Source: Alphaproteobacteria bacterium (GTDB lineage Bacteria; Pseudomonadota; Alphaproteobacteria; SP197). From it: a DNA stretch of 64,000 nt. The notes beneath the pieces were generated by a model. That model made no database searches, had not been told where the DNA came from, and was given only the letters and a program-made list of their open reading frames with translations. The translations under genes and the position numbers were made by a program. Shown piece after piece: positions 1 through 9,664 of the stretch (within the stretch, counting starts at the first letter, position 1; every line of letters begins with the position of its first letter). The DNA is taken from contig OZ219920.1 of the NCBI GenBank assembly GCA_964291415.2, positions 1,280,001 through 1,344,000 on the forward strand, given 5' to 3'.

Positions 1-204
1 GTCCCGACGATCGACAGTTTGTTCTACTCTGGTTGCGGAGTGACAGATTTTATCGAGTATTTCACAACCATGTGTCGGAACGGGCCGTCCTGTCCGCAAG
101 AACGGAGTAATCTTGCACCGTGCCATTCCAGCCAGTGAAGCGTTGGGCGTCAGGTGGCAGTTGTCGGGGCACGTCACGCTTGTTCGCAACGGGGAGAAGA
201 ATAC

Positions 205-804
205 GTGAACCGTCTTGTTCCAATTCCGCCGGGTGAAGCGCGCGGGATCATCGCGGAAGCTGGTGACATTGTGCGAATCGTCAACACGGAAGGCCACCAG
301 GTCGTCGATACCTGGGCGTTCTGCACCCCGGACCCTCTCGAGTTCCTTTCAATGGAACACAGCAGGTCCGCGACATACCGGATCCTGTTCAAACCAGGCG
401 ATACACTGGTCAGCAACCGGTTCCGGCCCATGCTGACAATCATGGCCGACACCTCTCCAGGAATACACGACACGCTGCATGCTGCCTGCAGCGCCGAGAG
501 CAACCGCTTCTTCGGCACGACGTCGATCCATCCCAACTGCGAGAACAACCTGAAGGGTGTCATGGCGGATCGCGGAATCTACCTTGGAACAGTTCCCTGT
601 CCCTGGAACCTGTTCGAACACGCCATTGTGAAGTTCGATGGTTCGCTGAAAGATGAACCCGCCTCCGCAGCGGCGGGCGATTATATCGAGCTACGCGTCG
701 AGACATCTGTTGTGCTCGTCTGTTCCGCCTGCCCATCTAGCGTGGGCAACATCAGCCTGGGCACACCTCGGGGCGCCGCCATCGAGCTGATCGACCTGGC
801 TTGA
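205..804 (+). CDS. DUF1989 / urea carboxylase-associated family protein
   Basis: Motifs EGHQVVDTWAF, HDTLHAAC, NCENNL, PCPWNLF, GDYIELR and VCSACP. GTG start at 205 follows a GGGGAG RBS. Confidence 0.8.
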   Translation: MNRLVPIPPGEARGIIAEAGDIVRIVNTEGHQVVDTWAFCTPDPLEFLSMEHSRSATYRILFKPGDTLVSNRFRPMLTIMADTSPGIHDTLHAACSAESNRFFGTTSIHPNCENNLKGVMADRGIYLGTVPCPWNLFEHAIVKFDGSLKDEPASAAAGDYIELRVETSVVLVCSACPSSVGNISLGTPRGAAIELIDLA

Positions 805-1083
805 TCCCTTTGCTGCCCTGACGGGGTGGCTTGACGACTGGCTTTCCGGGGTCGAGGCCGCAGAGACGCAAAACGGAAACGCAACCCCCGAAGTTGCCAA
901 TCCTGAAATTGGAAACGTCCCTGACTTGCGGCTGTGACAAGGCCAGGAATCACCTCTGAAGGAACCGGCACCGCCTTCGACCTCAATCGTCACGTGACGA
1001 GACAGGATGGCCCGGCGGCCTCCCTTGTGATCCGGTAGTGAAAGCGCGATATCCTGATCGATATCAGACAGGCGGAGATCGAC

Positions 1084-1839
1084 ATGGGTGGCAGACTGGA
1101 AGGCAAGCGCGCCATCGTCACCGGCGCATCGAGAGGGATCGGCAAGGCGATTGCAGAGAGCTTTGTCCGTGAGGGCGCGAAGGTCGTCGCCACGGCGCGT
1201 AGGTCGCCGACGGGCCGGGACAGTGATTCCGTGATCTGGGTTCCGGGCGACGTCTCTTCCGCAACCCACGTCTCCACCGTCGTTGAGACCGCAAGGGAGC
1301 GTCTCGGCGGAATCGATATCCTGGTCAACAATGCGGCCATGCAGGTCGAAAAAACGATCATCGAGACCAGTGAGGACGAGTGGAACGCCATCTTCCGCGT
1401 CAATGTGGGCAGCGTCTTCCTGTTCTGCCGGGACTCGATTCCCGTCATGATGCGCCAGGGCGGTGGCGCCATCATCAACGTCGGCAGTTACGACGGATTC
1501 GTGGCGGACCCCGGTCTCGCCGCCTACTGCGCCACCAAGGGCGCGGTTCACGCGCTGTCACGCGCCATTGCCGTCGACCATGGCACTGATGGCATCCGCT
1601 GCAACGTCATCTGCCCGGGTTGGATCCAGACCGACATGATGGATGCATACCTGGCAAGCGTGCCCGATCCAGCCGAGGCCGCCCGCACTCTTGATGCCAA
1701 TCAGCCCGTTGGACGTATCGGTCAACCGGCGGATATCGCCGCCCTTGCCCTGTTCCTTGCCAGTGACGAGGCCGCATTCACCTCAGGACAACTCTTCGTG
1801 TGCGATGGTGGACTCACCGCCAAGGCGTCCCAGCCCTGA
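1084..1839 (+). CDS. SDR family NAD(P)-dependent oxidoreductase
   Basis: TGASRGIG, NNAA, YCATKG (YxxxK) and ICPGWIQT motifs. Confidence 0.92.
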   Translation: MGGRLEGKRAIVTGASRGIGKAIAESFVREGAKVVATARRSPTGRDSDSVIWVPGDVSSATHVSTVVETARERLGGIDILVNNAAMQVEKTIIETSEDEWNAIFRVNVGSVFLFCRDSIPVMMRQGGGAIINVGSYDGFVADPGLAAYCATKGAVHALSRAIAVDHGTDGIRCNVICPGWIQTDMMDAYLASVPDPAEAARTLDANQPVGRIGQPADIAALALFLASDEAAFTSGQLFVCDGGLTAKASQP

Positions 1840-1859
1840 ACGATGAACCGGCAAATGCC

Positions 1860-2504
1860 GTGAAGGACACCGTCGACATGTGGTCGGATCCGACCTGTCC
1901 GTGGTGCTATATCGGTCATCAGCGGTTGAAGACCGTTCTCGCCGGTCTTTCCGGCCGCCATCGCCCCCGGATCGTGTGGCGGGCCTTCCTGCTGAATCCG
2001 GCGATGCCGGCCGACGGCATGGAACGCAATGCATGGCTGGCACGTGCCTTCGGCAACGCCCGGTTGGCCGAGACCACGCTTGACCGCATCACGCGACATG
2101 GGCTTGCGGAGGGTATTCCCTTCGCGTTCAGCGCCATTTCAAGAACGCCTTCGGCCCTGCGGGCGCATGCACTCATCCTGGGAGTTCATGACCGCGGTCG
2201 GCAGAGGGACGTGATCGACGGCATATTCAGGAGCCACTTTGTCGCCGGCCGGGACATCGGCGATCCAGGGGTTCTGGCGGACATTGCCGAAAGCGCCGGG
2301 TTCGACCGTGCCGAGGCCCTGGCCTCAATCGACAGCATTCCCCTGGCAAGGCGTCTTCTCCACGATGCCAGAAAGGCGCGAGAGGGGGGTATCCGGAGCG
2401 TTCCCTTCTTTGTCTTCAACCGTCGCCTCGCCGTTGGCGGCGCCCAGTCAACCGACGTATTGCGCCGACTCGTGACCACCGCACGCGACTGCGGAGAGCT
2501 CTGA
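1860..2504 (+). CDS. FrnE-type DsbA family oxidoreductase
   Basis: WSDPTCPWCYIG, WRAFLLNP and GIRSVPFFVF motifs. Start uncertain. Confidence 0.85.
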   Translation: MKDTVDMWSDPTCPWCYIGHQRLKTVLAGLSGRHRPRIVWRAFLLNPAMPADGMERNAWLARAFGNARLAETTLDRITRHGLAEGIPFAFSAISRTPSALRAHALILGVHDRGRQRDVIDGIFRSHFVAGRDIGDPGVLADIAESAGFDRAEALASIDSIPLARRLLHDARKAREGGIRSVPFFVFNRRLAVGGAQSTDVLRRLVTTARDCGEL

Positions 2505-5500
2505 AGCAAGACGCTCGGCACCGTCAAGGCGATCCTTCACCCTGTCCCAGGAGCCGGTCACGACCAGCGTATGGTCAGGTCGCATCCTTGCCTTTCCATT
2601 CTGCCCGGTGATCCAGGAAATCAGTCGTTCCGGTTCAGCGAACGTCTCCTGGTGAAAGGCGACCACGGCGCCGAGCGGCCCGGCATCGAGCCGCGCAATT
2701 CCGGCACGTCGGCAGTCGCCCTTGATGGCAATGATTCGCAGCAGATTGTCGGCCTCCTCGGGAAGATCACCAAAGCGATCGACCAGTTCCTCTCTCAAAT
2801 CATCGATTCCGGCGCGATCCTCGAGGGCGGCAATGCGCCTGTAGAGAACGAGTCTCACATCAAGGTCGCGGACCCAGGTATCCGGAATCAGGACAGCAGA
2901 ACCGACACCCACTTCAGGAGACCAGGAATGCCGCGATTCCCGCAGCCGCCCTTCCTGTTCCGCACGAACCTTCTCGACCGCTTCCTCGACCATCTGCTGA
3001 TAGAGTTCCACTCCGACCTCGCGGATGTGACCGGACTGTTCCCGGCCGAGAAGATTGCCGGCGCCACGAATCTCGAGGTCGCGGCTTGCCAGCGAAAACC
3101 CGGCACCCAGTGAATCCATCTGGGACAGGGCCTTGAGGCGGCGCATCGCATCCTTGCCGGGTTTCATGCCGGGCGGCAACGTGATGTAGGCGTAGGCGCG
3201 CGCGCGCGAGCGTCCGATGCGCCCTCGCAACTGGTAGAGCTGCCCCAGCCCGAAGCGATCGCAACGGTGGATGATCATCGTGTTGGCATTGGGAATGTCG
3301 AGGCCCGACTGGATGATCGTGGTCGTGACCAGGACGTCGATCCGGCCATCGTAGAAGGCCGTCATGATGCTCTCGAGATTGTCTGGATCGAGCTTGCCGT
3401 GCGCCGAGGCAATTCGTGCTTCCGGAACCAGCTTCTGCAGATCCTTGCGCATGCGTCCGAGGTCCGCTGCCCTGGGGCACACGACATAGGTTTGGCCGCC
3501 CCGCACGCGTTCGCGCCTGATCGCCTCGCGAACGGTGACTGAATCGTACGTGCCTACAAATGTCCTGATGGCGAGTCGATCGACCGGCGGCGTGACGATG
3601 AGGCTAAGGTCACGCACTCCACTCAGGGCCATCTGCAGGGTCCGGGGTATCGGTGTCGCAGTCAGGGTGAGGACATGGACGTTGGTCTTGATCTGTTTGA
3701 GCTTTTCCTTGTGGGCCACGCCGAACTGCTGTTCTTCGTCGATCACCAGAAGGCCGAGGTTGGCGAAGGACATGGTGCGGGACAGCAGGGCGTGGGTGCC
3801 AATCACGATGTCGACGGTCCCGGCTGCCGCTCCCCTCTTTGCGCTGGCTGCCTCACCCGACGCCACGAGGCGGGACAGCAGGGCTATGTTGACGGGCAAG
3901 TGCCTGAACCGCTCGACAAAGGTCTCGTGGTGCTGCCGGGCAAGCAGTGTCGTGGGGGCCACCACTGCCACCTGGTATCCTTCAAGGACCGTGGCGAGTG
4001 CGGCGCGCAGAGCCACTTCGGTCTTGCCGAATCCGACGTCACCGCACACCAGCCGGTCCATGGCGTGGCCGGAAGCGAGGTCGTCGAACACCTCGCCAAT
4101 GGCTTTCGCCTGATCCTCGGTCTCCTCGTAGGGAAAGCGCGAGCAGAATTCCGCATACGTCTCCTCATCGACACGAATCACGGGGCCCGATTGCATGAGT
4201 CTCTCGGAGGCCGTCTTGAGAAGATCCCCCGCCATTTCCTCGATGCGACTGGCAAGACGCGCCTGGCGCGCCTGCCAGGCAGCGCTTCCAAGCCGGTCCA
4301 GCTGGACACGGGCATCGTGCGAACCGTAGCGGGACAGGGTGTCGATGTTCTCGACGGGCACCAGCAGCGCGTCACCGCCTGCATAGTGAACACGCAGACA
4401 GTCGTGCGGTGCGCCGCCAAGCGTGACGGTGTGAAGGCCCTCGAACACGCCGATACCGTGGTCGATGTGGACGACGTGGTCGCCCTCGGCGAGTTGCGAC
4501 ACCTCGAGAAGAAACCGTTCGGCATCGCGCTTCGTGCGACGCCGGCGTGGGGTCGTGATTCGGTCGCCGAGAATGTCCTGCTCGGCGACAACACTGAGGT
4601 CCATCGTCACAAACCCGTGTTCGAGCGGCAGAACGACGACGGGGACGGCTGAGTGCGGCATCCGGAGCCAGTCTTCCTCCCCTGCCTTGAGCACGTCAGC
4701 GACGCCGTGACTCTCCAGCATGGTCGCCAGATTGCCCTGGCTCGCCTCTCCCAGAGCCGCAACGATGACCCGACGGCCCTTCGACTTCTCGTCAGCGATG
4801 TGCCGGGCAACGGAATCGAAGAGCTGCATGCGGACATTCATGCGTTCAAGGCTGAAGTCCCGGGATCTCAGGCCACCGGCTTCGATCACTCTCCCGGATG
4901 TCGTGTCAGGGGTGTGAGCCAGCAGCCTGATCGCCGTGTGCGTCCGCGACATCGCCGTCCAGTCATCGATCGAAAGATAGAGACCATCGGGAGGCGGAGC
5001 GTGATAGGCGACGCCGTCATCCCCGTTTCCGGACGACCGGTGCTCGTAGTGGTCCTCAACGGTGTCCAGGTGGGCGCGCAACGCGTCCTCGACATCTCCG
5101 GTGAAGACCAGGATCCACTCCTCGCCAAGATAGTCGGGGAAGGTGTCGAGGGTCTGGTAAAACAGACCAAGCCAATGCTCCATACCCGGTGTCCGCATAC
5201 CCTCGATGGCCGATTCATAGACGGGATCGTTCAATGCATTCATGCCGAAGAGTTCGCGCCAGTGATCACGGAACTGCCTGATTGAGGCAGGATCGAGCGC
5301 GACCTCGCTCGCCGGGTCGATTGAGAGACTCTCCAGGAGTCCCGTCGAACGCTGGTTCAACGGATCGAAGGTGCGGATGCCGGTGATCTCGTCACCGAAG
5401 AAGTCGAGACGTGCGGGTTCGGCCATGGCGGGTGGAAAGACATCGAGAATATCACCCCGCGCCGCACAGTCTCCCTGCTCCATGACCACGCTTGTCCCGG

Positions 5501-5978
5501 AGTATCCCATGGTGAGGAGATCGCGAAAGAGCGCAGCCGGATCCATCTTGCCGCCCTTGTGAAGATGCCGGCGCCGGCCATGCCACGTCGAGCGCGGCGG
5601 AACCCGCTGCAGCATCGCCCGTGCCGTGGTGAGCACGACAAGACCTCCAGCGTCCCGGGGCCTCTCGCACAGATCTCCCATGAGCGCGAGACGCACCCCG
5701 GCCACAGCGGGGTGTGGCGACACCCTGTCATAGGGAAGACAGTCCCAGGCCGGAAAGAGCCTTGTACAATCGCCCGCCCCAAGGAACGAGAGAGCGCCCG
5801 CCAGCCGTCGTGCCCGCTCCTCGTCGTGAAGCACGACCAGGATATCGCGTTCGGGATGGCTCTGACGCAGTCCTGCGAGCAAGACGGCGTCCACTCCTTC
5901 CGGAACACCGGATACGGTATTCAGGACGTCTGGCCCCAGTGAATCAATGACATGGCCCTGTAATCTATCAATGTGCAT
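2448..5978 (-). CDS. mfd: transcription-repair coupling factor
   Basis: FPAWDCLPYDRVSP, VVHIDHGIG, CGDVGFGKTEVA, DEEQQFGV, LYQLRGRIGR, DLEIRGAGNLLG and a TRCF C-terminus. Confidence 0.97.
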   Translation of the reverse strand: MHIDRLQGHVIDSLGPDVLNTVSGVPEGVDAVLLAGLRQSHPERDILVVLHDEERARRLAGALSFLGAGDCTRLFPAWDCLPYDRVSPHPAVAGVRLALMGDLCERPRDAGGLVVLTTARAMLQRVPPRSTWHGRRRHLHKGGKMDPAALFRDLLTMGYSGTSVVMEQGDCAARGDILDVFPPAMAEPARLDFFGDEITGIRTFDPLNQRSTGLLESLSIDPASEVALDPASIRQFRDHWRELFGMNALNDPVYESAIEGMRTPGMEHWLGLFYQTLDTFPDYLGEEWILVFTGDVEDALRAHLDTVEDHYEHRSSGNGDDGVAYHAPPPDGLYLSIDDWTAMSRTHTAIRLLAHTPDTTSGRVIEAGGLRSRDFSLERMNVRMQLFDSVARHIADEKSKGRRVIVAALGEASQGNLATMLESHGVADVLKAGEEDWLRMPHSAVPVVVLPLEHGFVTMDLSVVAEQDILGDRITTPRRRRTKRDAERFLLEVSQLAEGDHVVHIDHGIGVFEGLHTVTLGGAPHDCLRVHYAGGDALLVPVENIDTLSRYGSHDARVQLDRLGSAAWQARQARLASRIEEMAGDLLKTASERLMQSGPVIRVDEETYAEFCSRFPYEETEDQAKAIGEVFDDLASGHAMDRLVCGDVGFGKTEVALRAALATVLEGYQVAVVAPTTLLARQHHETFVERFRHLPVNIALLSRLVASGEAASAKRGAAAGTVDIVIGTHALLSRTMSFANLGLLVIDEEQQFGVAHKEKLKQIKTNVHVLTLTATPIPRTLQMALSGVRDLSLIVTPPVDRLAIRTFVGTYDSVTVREAIRRERVRGGQTYVVCPRAADLGRMRKDLQKLVPEARIASAHGKLDPDNLESIMTAFYDGRIDVLVTTTIIQSGLDIPNANTMIIHRCDRFGLGQLYQLRGRIGRSRARAYAYITLPPGMKPGKDAMRRLKALSQMDSLGAGFSLASRDLEIRGAGNLLGREQSGHIREVGVELYQQMVEEAVEKVRAEQEGRLRESRHSWSPEVGVGSAVLIPDTWVRDLDVRLVLYRRIAALEDRAGIDDLREELVDRFGDLPEEADNLLRIIAIKGDCRRAGIARLDAGPLGAVVAFHQETFAEPERLISWITGQNGKARMRPDHTLVVTGSWDRVKDRLDGAERLASELSAVACGGHESAQYVG

Positions 5979-5999
5979 GAAACACTAGAATCCGCTTTA

Positions 6000-6227
6000 T
6001 CAAACCCTTGAACTTCCCGGGGCAGCATCGTCGCCGTTCATGATCCATGCCTGGATGAGGGGATCCGGGCACCCGAGAAACGCGGCAAACTCATCAAGCT
6101 CACTCTCGCTCATCGCCTCGAGAGCGTGTTCGGCATATCGACCGAGCAACAGATCGAGCTCACGGGAACCGCGGCGTGAGGCCCGATAACGAAGCCGTTG
6201 CAGGCGTGTGTCGTTGTCATCTGTCAT
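6000..6227 (-). CDS. sdhE: succinate dehydrogenase assembly factor SdhE/Sdh5 (C-terminus possibly frameshifted)
   Basis: RLRYRASRRGSRELDLLLG (RGxxE motif). Lies between recG and mfd, as is typical in Alphaproteobacteria. Confidence 0.85.
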   Translation of the reverse strand: MTDDNDTRLQRLRYRASRRGSRELDLLLGRYAEHALEAMSESELDEFAAFLGCPDPLIQAWIMNGDDAAPGSSRV

Positions 6228-6314
6228 GCGCTCGCCGGTCCCGGGACGGTTCCGTCTACAGCGTGACGAAGGCGATGTCACGGACACGCACACGCCGGTG
6301 TATGCTCCTTCCTC

Positions 6315-8399
6315 ATGAGGCCGGAGATTCTCTTTCCGCTGTTCGAGCCAGTGACCGCTCTTCCACGTGTCGGCCGCAGGACAGCTTCCCTGATTTCAAG
6401 CCTGGCCGGTCCCAGAGTTGTGGACCTCCTCTGGCACCTTCCAACATCGATCATCAATCGCCAGCAACTCTCTGATCTCGGGGAGGCAACCCCGGGAAGC
6501 CTGGTCAGTGTCCAGGTGACGGTGGAGCGCTACAGGCGCCCCGGAACACCGCGTCATCCCTGGCGCATCGTGACAACAGACGATACCGGCCGGAAGCTCG
6601 ATCTCGTCTACTTCCGTGCCCGCGAGTCGTGGCTTGCGAAGGTTCTCCCTGCCGGTTCGAGGAAGCTGGTGAGTGGCCGGATCGAGCAATATGCTGACCG
6701 CCTGGAAATGGTTCATCCCGATCACGTCGCGACGCCAGGTGACACCGACGGCCTGGCGCGCCTGGAGCCGGTCTACTCCCTTGTGGACGGTCTCGGTGCG
6801 CCGACCATGCGACGGATCATTTCACTCGTGCTGGAGCGCAGCCCGGAACTGCCCGAGTGGCAGGACCGGGCATGGCTGGAGCAGAACGGCTGGCCTTCAT
6901 GGTCCGACGCGCTCAGACGCGTTCACCAGCCCCGGGACCTGGAAGAACTTTCCGGGGATCCGGGGGCACGCGATCGCCTTGCCTTTGACGAACTCCTCGG
7001 CAACCAGCTCGCCCTGGCCCTGGTGAAAGCCGGACGGCGGTTGACGCCTGGCCGTTCACTCAGGGGCGATGGCGGCCTGCGCGCGAGAGTCACACACGCG
7101 CTTCCATTCCGCATGACCCAGGCGCAGGTCGACGCAATCCGCGACATAACTCTCGACATGGAGGCGCCCTTTCCCATGTTGCGCCTCCTGCAAGGCGATG
7201 TGGGGAGCGGCAAGACGCTGGTGGCCGTGCAGGCCATGCTAGCCGCCGTGGAGGCTGGTCATCAGGCCGCGTTGCTGGCGCCCACGGAACTCCTGGCCCG
7301 GCAGCATCATCGCACCATCACCGATCTGACGCGCAACACCGGCATCGACGTTGTTCTCGTCACCGGTCGCGACCGGGGAGCAAAGCGTGATGCGATTCTC
7401 CGGGGAATCGCCGACGGAAGGTCCCATCTGGTTGTCGGCACCCATGCCTTGCTTTCCGAAGGCACCGAATTCCATGATCTGGCGTTCATCGTCGTCGATG
7501 AACAGCATCGTTTCGGCGTTCACCAGCGTATTGCCCTGGCAGCCAAGGGACATGCCGTCGACACCCTTGTCATGACCGCCACGCCGATACCGCGAACCCT
7601 GCAGATGACGGGCTACGGCGGGCTCGATGTCACGCGCCTTGACGAGCGCCTGCCAGGACGCCAGGAGGTCGCCACGCGGGCCATGCCAATCGCACGCCTC
7701 GACGACGTGGTGGCCGCCCTTGGTCGCGCCATCGGGCGCGGCGGACGGGCCTACTGGATCTGCCCGGTCATCGAACGAAGCGAATCGGGCGACACGATCG
7801 CTGCCGAGGACCGCTATCGCCATCTCAGACGTGTCTTCGGAGAACGCGTCGGACTTGTGCACGGACGCATGAAGGCCGCGGCCAAGGACGACGTCATGGA
7901 GAGATTCGCAAGCGGCGCCGTTGCTGTCCTCGTGGCAACCACGGCGGTCGAGGTCGGTCTCGACGTGGGTGAGGCCACCATCATGGTGATCGAACATGCC
8001 GAACGCTTCGGTCTCGCCCAGCTGCACCAACTCCGCGGCCGGGTGGGACGCGGCAGCATCCCGTCATCGTGCCTGCTGCTCTATGCTCCTCCCCTCAACG
8101 AATCAGCGCGCAGACGTCTCGACATCCTCAGACACAGCAATGACGGTTTCGAGATTGCCGAGGAGGACCTGCGACTGCGAGGAGGAGGAGAACTGCTCGG
8201 TGCCAGACAAAGCGGCCTGCCGAGGTTTCGCCTGGCCGATCAGCACACGGCATCCCGGTTTCTCCAGGCCGCCCACGACGACGCCCGGCTCATCCTTGCC
8301 CGCGACCCGGATCTCAGGAGCGACCGCGGTTGCGCCCTCACGATCCTGCTCCATCTCTTCGAGCGGCAGGACGCCGTCAGGCTCCTCGCATCGGGGTGA
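6315..8399 (+). CDS. recG: ATP-dependent DNA helicase RecG
   Basis: MRPEILFPLF start, LLQGDVGSGKT, DEQHRFGV, QLHQLRGRVGRG and DGFEIAEEDLRLRG. Confidence 0.97.
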   Translation: MRPEILFPLFEPVTALPRVGRRTASLISSLAGPRVVDLLWHLPTSIINRQQLSDLGEATPGSLVSVQVTVERYRRPGTPRHPWRIVTTDDTGRKLDLVYFRARESWLAKVLPAGSRKLVSGRIEQYADRLEMVHPDHVATPGDTDGLARLEPVYSLVDGLGAPTMRRIISLVLERSPELPEWQDRAWLEQNGWPSWSDALRRVHQPRDLEELSGDPGARDRLAFDELLGNQLALALVKAGRRLTPGRSLRGDGGLRARVTHALPFRMTQAQVDAIRDITLDMEAPFPMLRLLQGDVGSGKTLVAVQAMLAAVEAGHQAALLAPTELLARQHHRTITDLTRNTGIDVVLVTGRDRGAKRDAILRGIADGRSHLVVGTHALLSEGTEFHDLAFIVVDEQHRFGVHQRIALAAKGHAVDTLVMTATPIPRTLQMTGYGGLDVTRLDERLPGRQEVATRAMPIARLDDVVAALGRAIGRGGRAYWICPVIERSESGDTIAAEDRYRHLRRVFGERVGLVHGRMKAAAKDDVMERFASGAVAVLVATTAVEVGLDVGEATIMVIEHAERFGLAQLHQLRGRVGRGSIPSSCLLLYAPPLNESARRRLDILRHSNDGFEIAEEDLRLRGGGELLGARQSGLPRFRLADQHTASRFLQAAHDDARLILARDPDLRSDRGCALTILLHLFERQDAVRLLASG

Positions 8400-8654
8400 G
8401 GTCCACCTTGCCTTCGGACCCCCGCACGGCAGGTCGTCATGATGGGACGGTCAGTCGCGTCGCAGCACAGAGTCGGCATTGGTTGTCTGACAACGCGCAT
8501 GATGCGCATCCGAACACTCCGCCGAACGGGTGTGGGCGCGGCAACGTGTTGCTGGCCTTTGTGGCGACGATTGACGACACTATGCTGCCGGGGCGGCGAG
8601 CCGGAGGCGGCCTCGATCCGCTGGATTGTTGATGAGGCGATAACGGGGGCCGGT

Positions 8655-9656
8655 ATGGGAAGCAGGTTCTTTGCGATTGTGGCGATGCTGTGGATCCTTG
8701 CGACAGGAATGGCGTTCGCCGAAGAGTTCAAGCCCGCTGTCGTCTATGACATTGGCAGCAAGTTCGACAAGAGCTTCAACGAGGGCGTCTGGAACGGTGT
8801 CCAGAAGTTCTCGGAAGAAACCGGCGTCAAGGTCGCCGAGTTCCAGATCGTCAACGAGACCCAGCGGGAGCAGGCGATGCGGCGCCTCGTGGAGCGCGGC
8901 GCCACCATGGTGATCGCGGTTGGCTTCTCCCAGGCCGATGCGCTGGACGCGGTTGCGGCGGACTATCCCGATCGCCAGTTCGCGATCATCGATGTTTCCT
9001 GGCTGGACCGGCCAAATCTGCGCCAGTATGTCTTCAAGGAGCATGAAGGGAGCTATCTGGTCGGCATCGCCGCGGCCCTTGCCAGCAAGACAGGCAAGGT
9101 CGGCTTCGTGGGCGGCATGGACATCCCCCTCATCCGCAAGTTCCATTGCGGCTATCTACAGGGAGCGAAGTCGGCGAATGCCGACATCGAAGTGTTCCAG
9201 GCGATGACCGGAACGACCCCCGCTGCCTGGAACGACCCGACCAAGGCGTCGGAGCTTGCCAGAAGCCAGATGGATCGAGGGGCTGACGTCGTCTATCACG
9301 CTGCGGGCAGAAGTGGCATCGGCGTGATCCAGGCAGCAGCCGACGCCGGCATGCTCGCGATCGGCGTCGATTCGAACCAGAACGGGCTTGCGCCCGGTTT
9401 CGTGCTGACCTCAATGCTGAAACGGGTCGATGTCGCCACCTACCAGACGCTGAAGGACGGGTTGGCCGGAACGTTCTCCTCCGGCATCCACAGCCTCGGC
9501 CTTGCAGAAGACGGTGTAGGCTGGGCGCAGGATGAACACAATGCCGGGCTGCTGACGGACGAACTGACGGACGCAGTCGAAGAGGCCAAGGACGCCATCA
9601 TCGCAGGCAACATCGTCGTCCACGACTACATGAGCGACTCGAACTGCCCGGACTGA
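8655..9656 (+). CDS. BMP family ABC transporter substrate-binding protein (purine/nucleoside type)
   Basis: Signal peptide, KFDKSFNE, FKEHEGSYLVG, GVDSNQN and SMLKRVD motifs. Confidence 0.9.
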   Translation: MGSRFFAIVAMLWILATGMAFAEEFKPAVVYDIGSKFDKSFNEGVWNGVQKFSEETGVKVAEFQIVNETQREQAMRRLVERGATMVIAVGFSQADALDAVAADYPDRQFAIIDVSWLDRPNLRQYVFKEHEGSYLVGIAAALASKTGKVGFVGGMDIPLIRKFHCGYLQGAKSANADIEVFQAMTGTTPAAWNDPTKASELARSQMDRGADVVYHAAGRSGIGVIQAAADAGMLAIGVDSNQNGLAPGFVLTSMLKRVDVATYQTLKDGLAGTFSSGIHSLGLAEDGVGWAQDEHNAGLLTDELTDAVEEAKDAIIAGNIVVHDYMSDSNCPD

Positions 9657-9664
9657 GACCGTCC

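Noticed and set aside
900-965. Weak resemblance to cobalamin riboswitch or SRP RNA motifs (GCGGCTGTGA, GCCAGGA, GAAGGAA)
   Set aside because: Core elements (GGGAA-GGTG T-loop; CAGG-GNRA-GGAAGCAGC) are missing or mis-ordered.
2448-2504. Convergent 3' overlaps (frnE/mfd; also hutG/flavin reductase 51411-51456)
   Set aside because: Short tail overlaps are common in GC-rich genomes, and there is no evidence of function.
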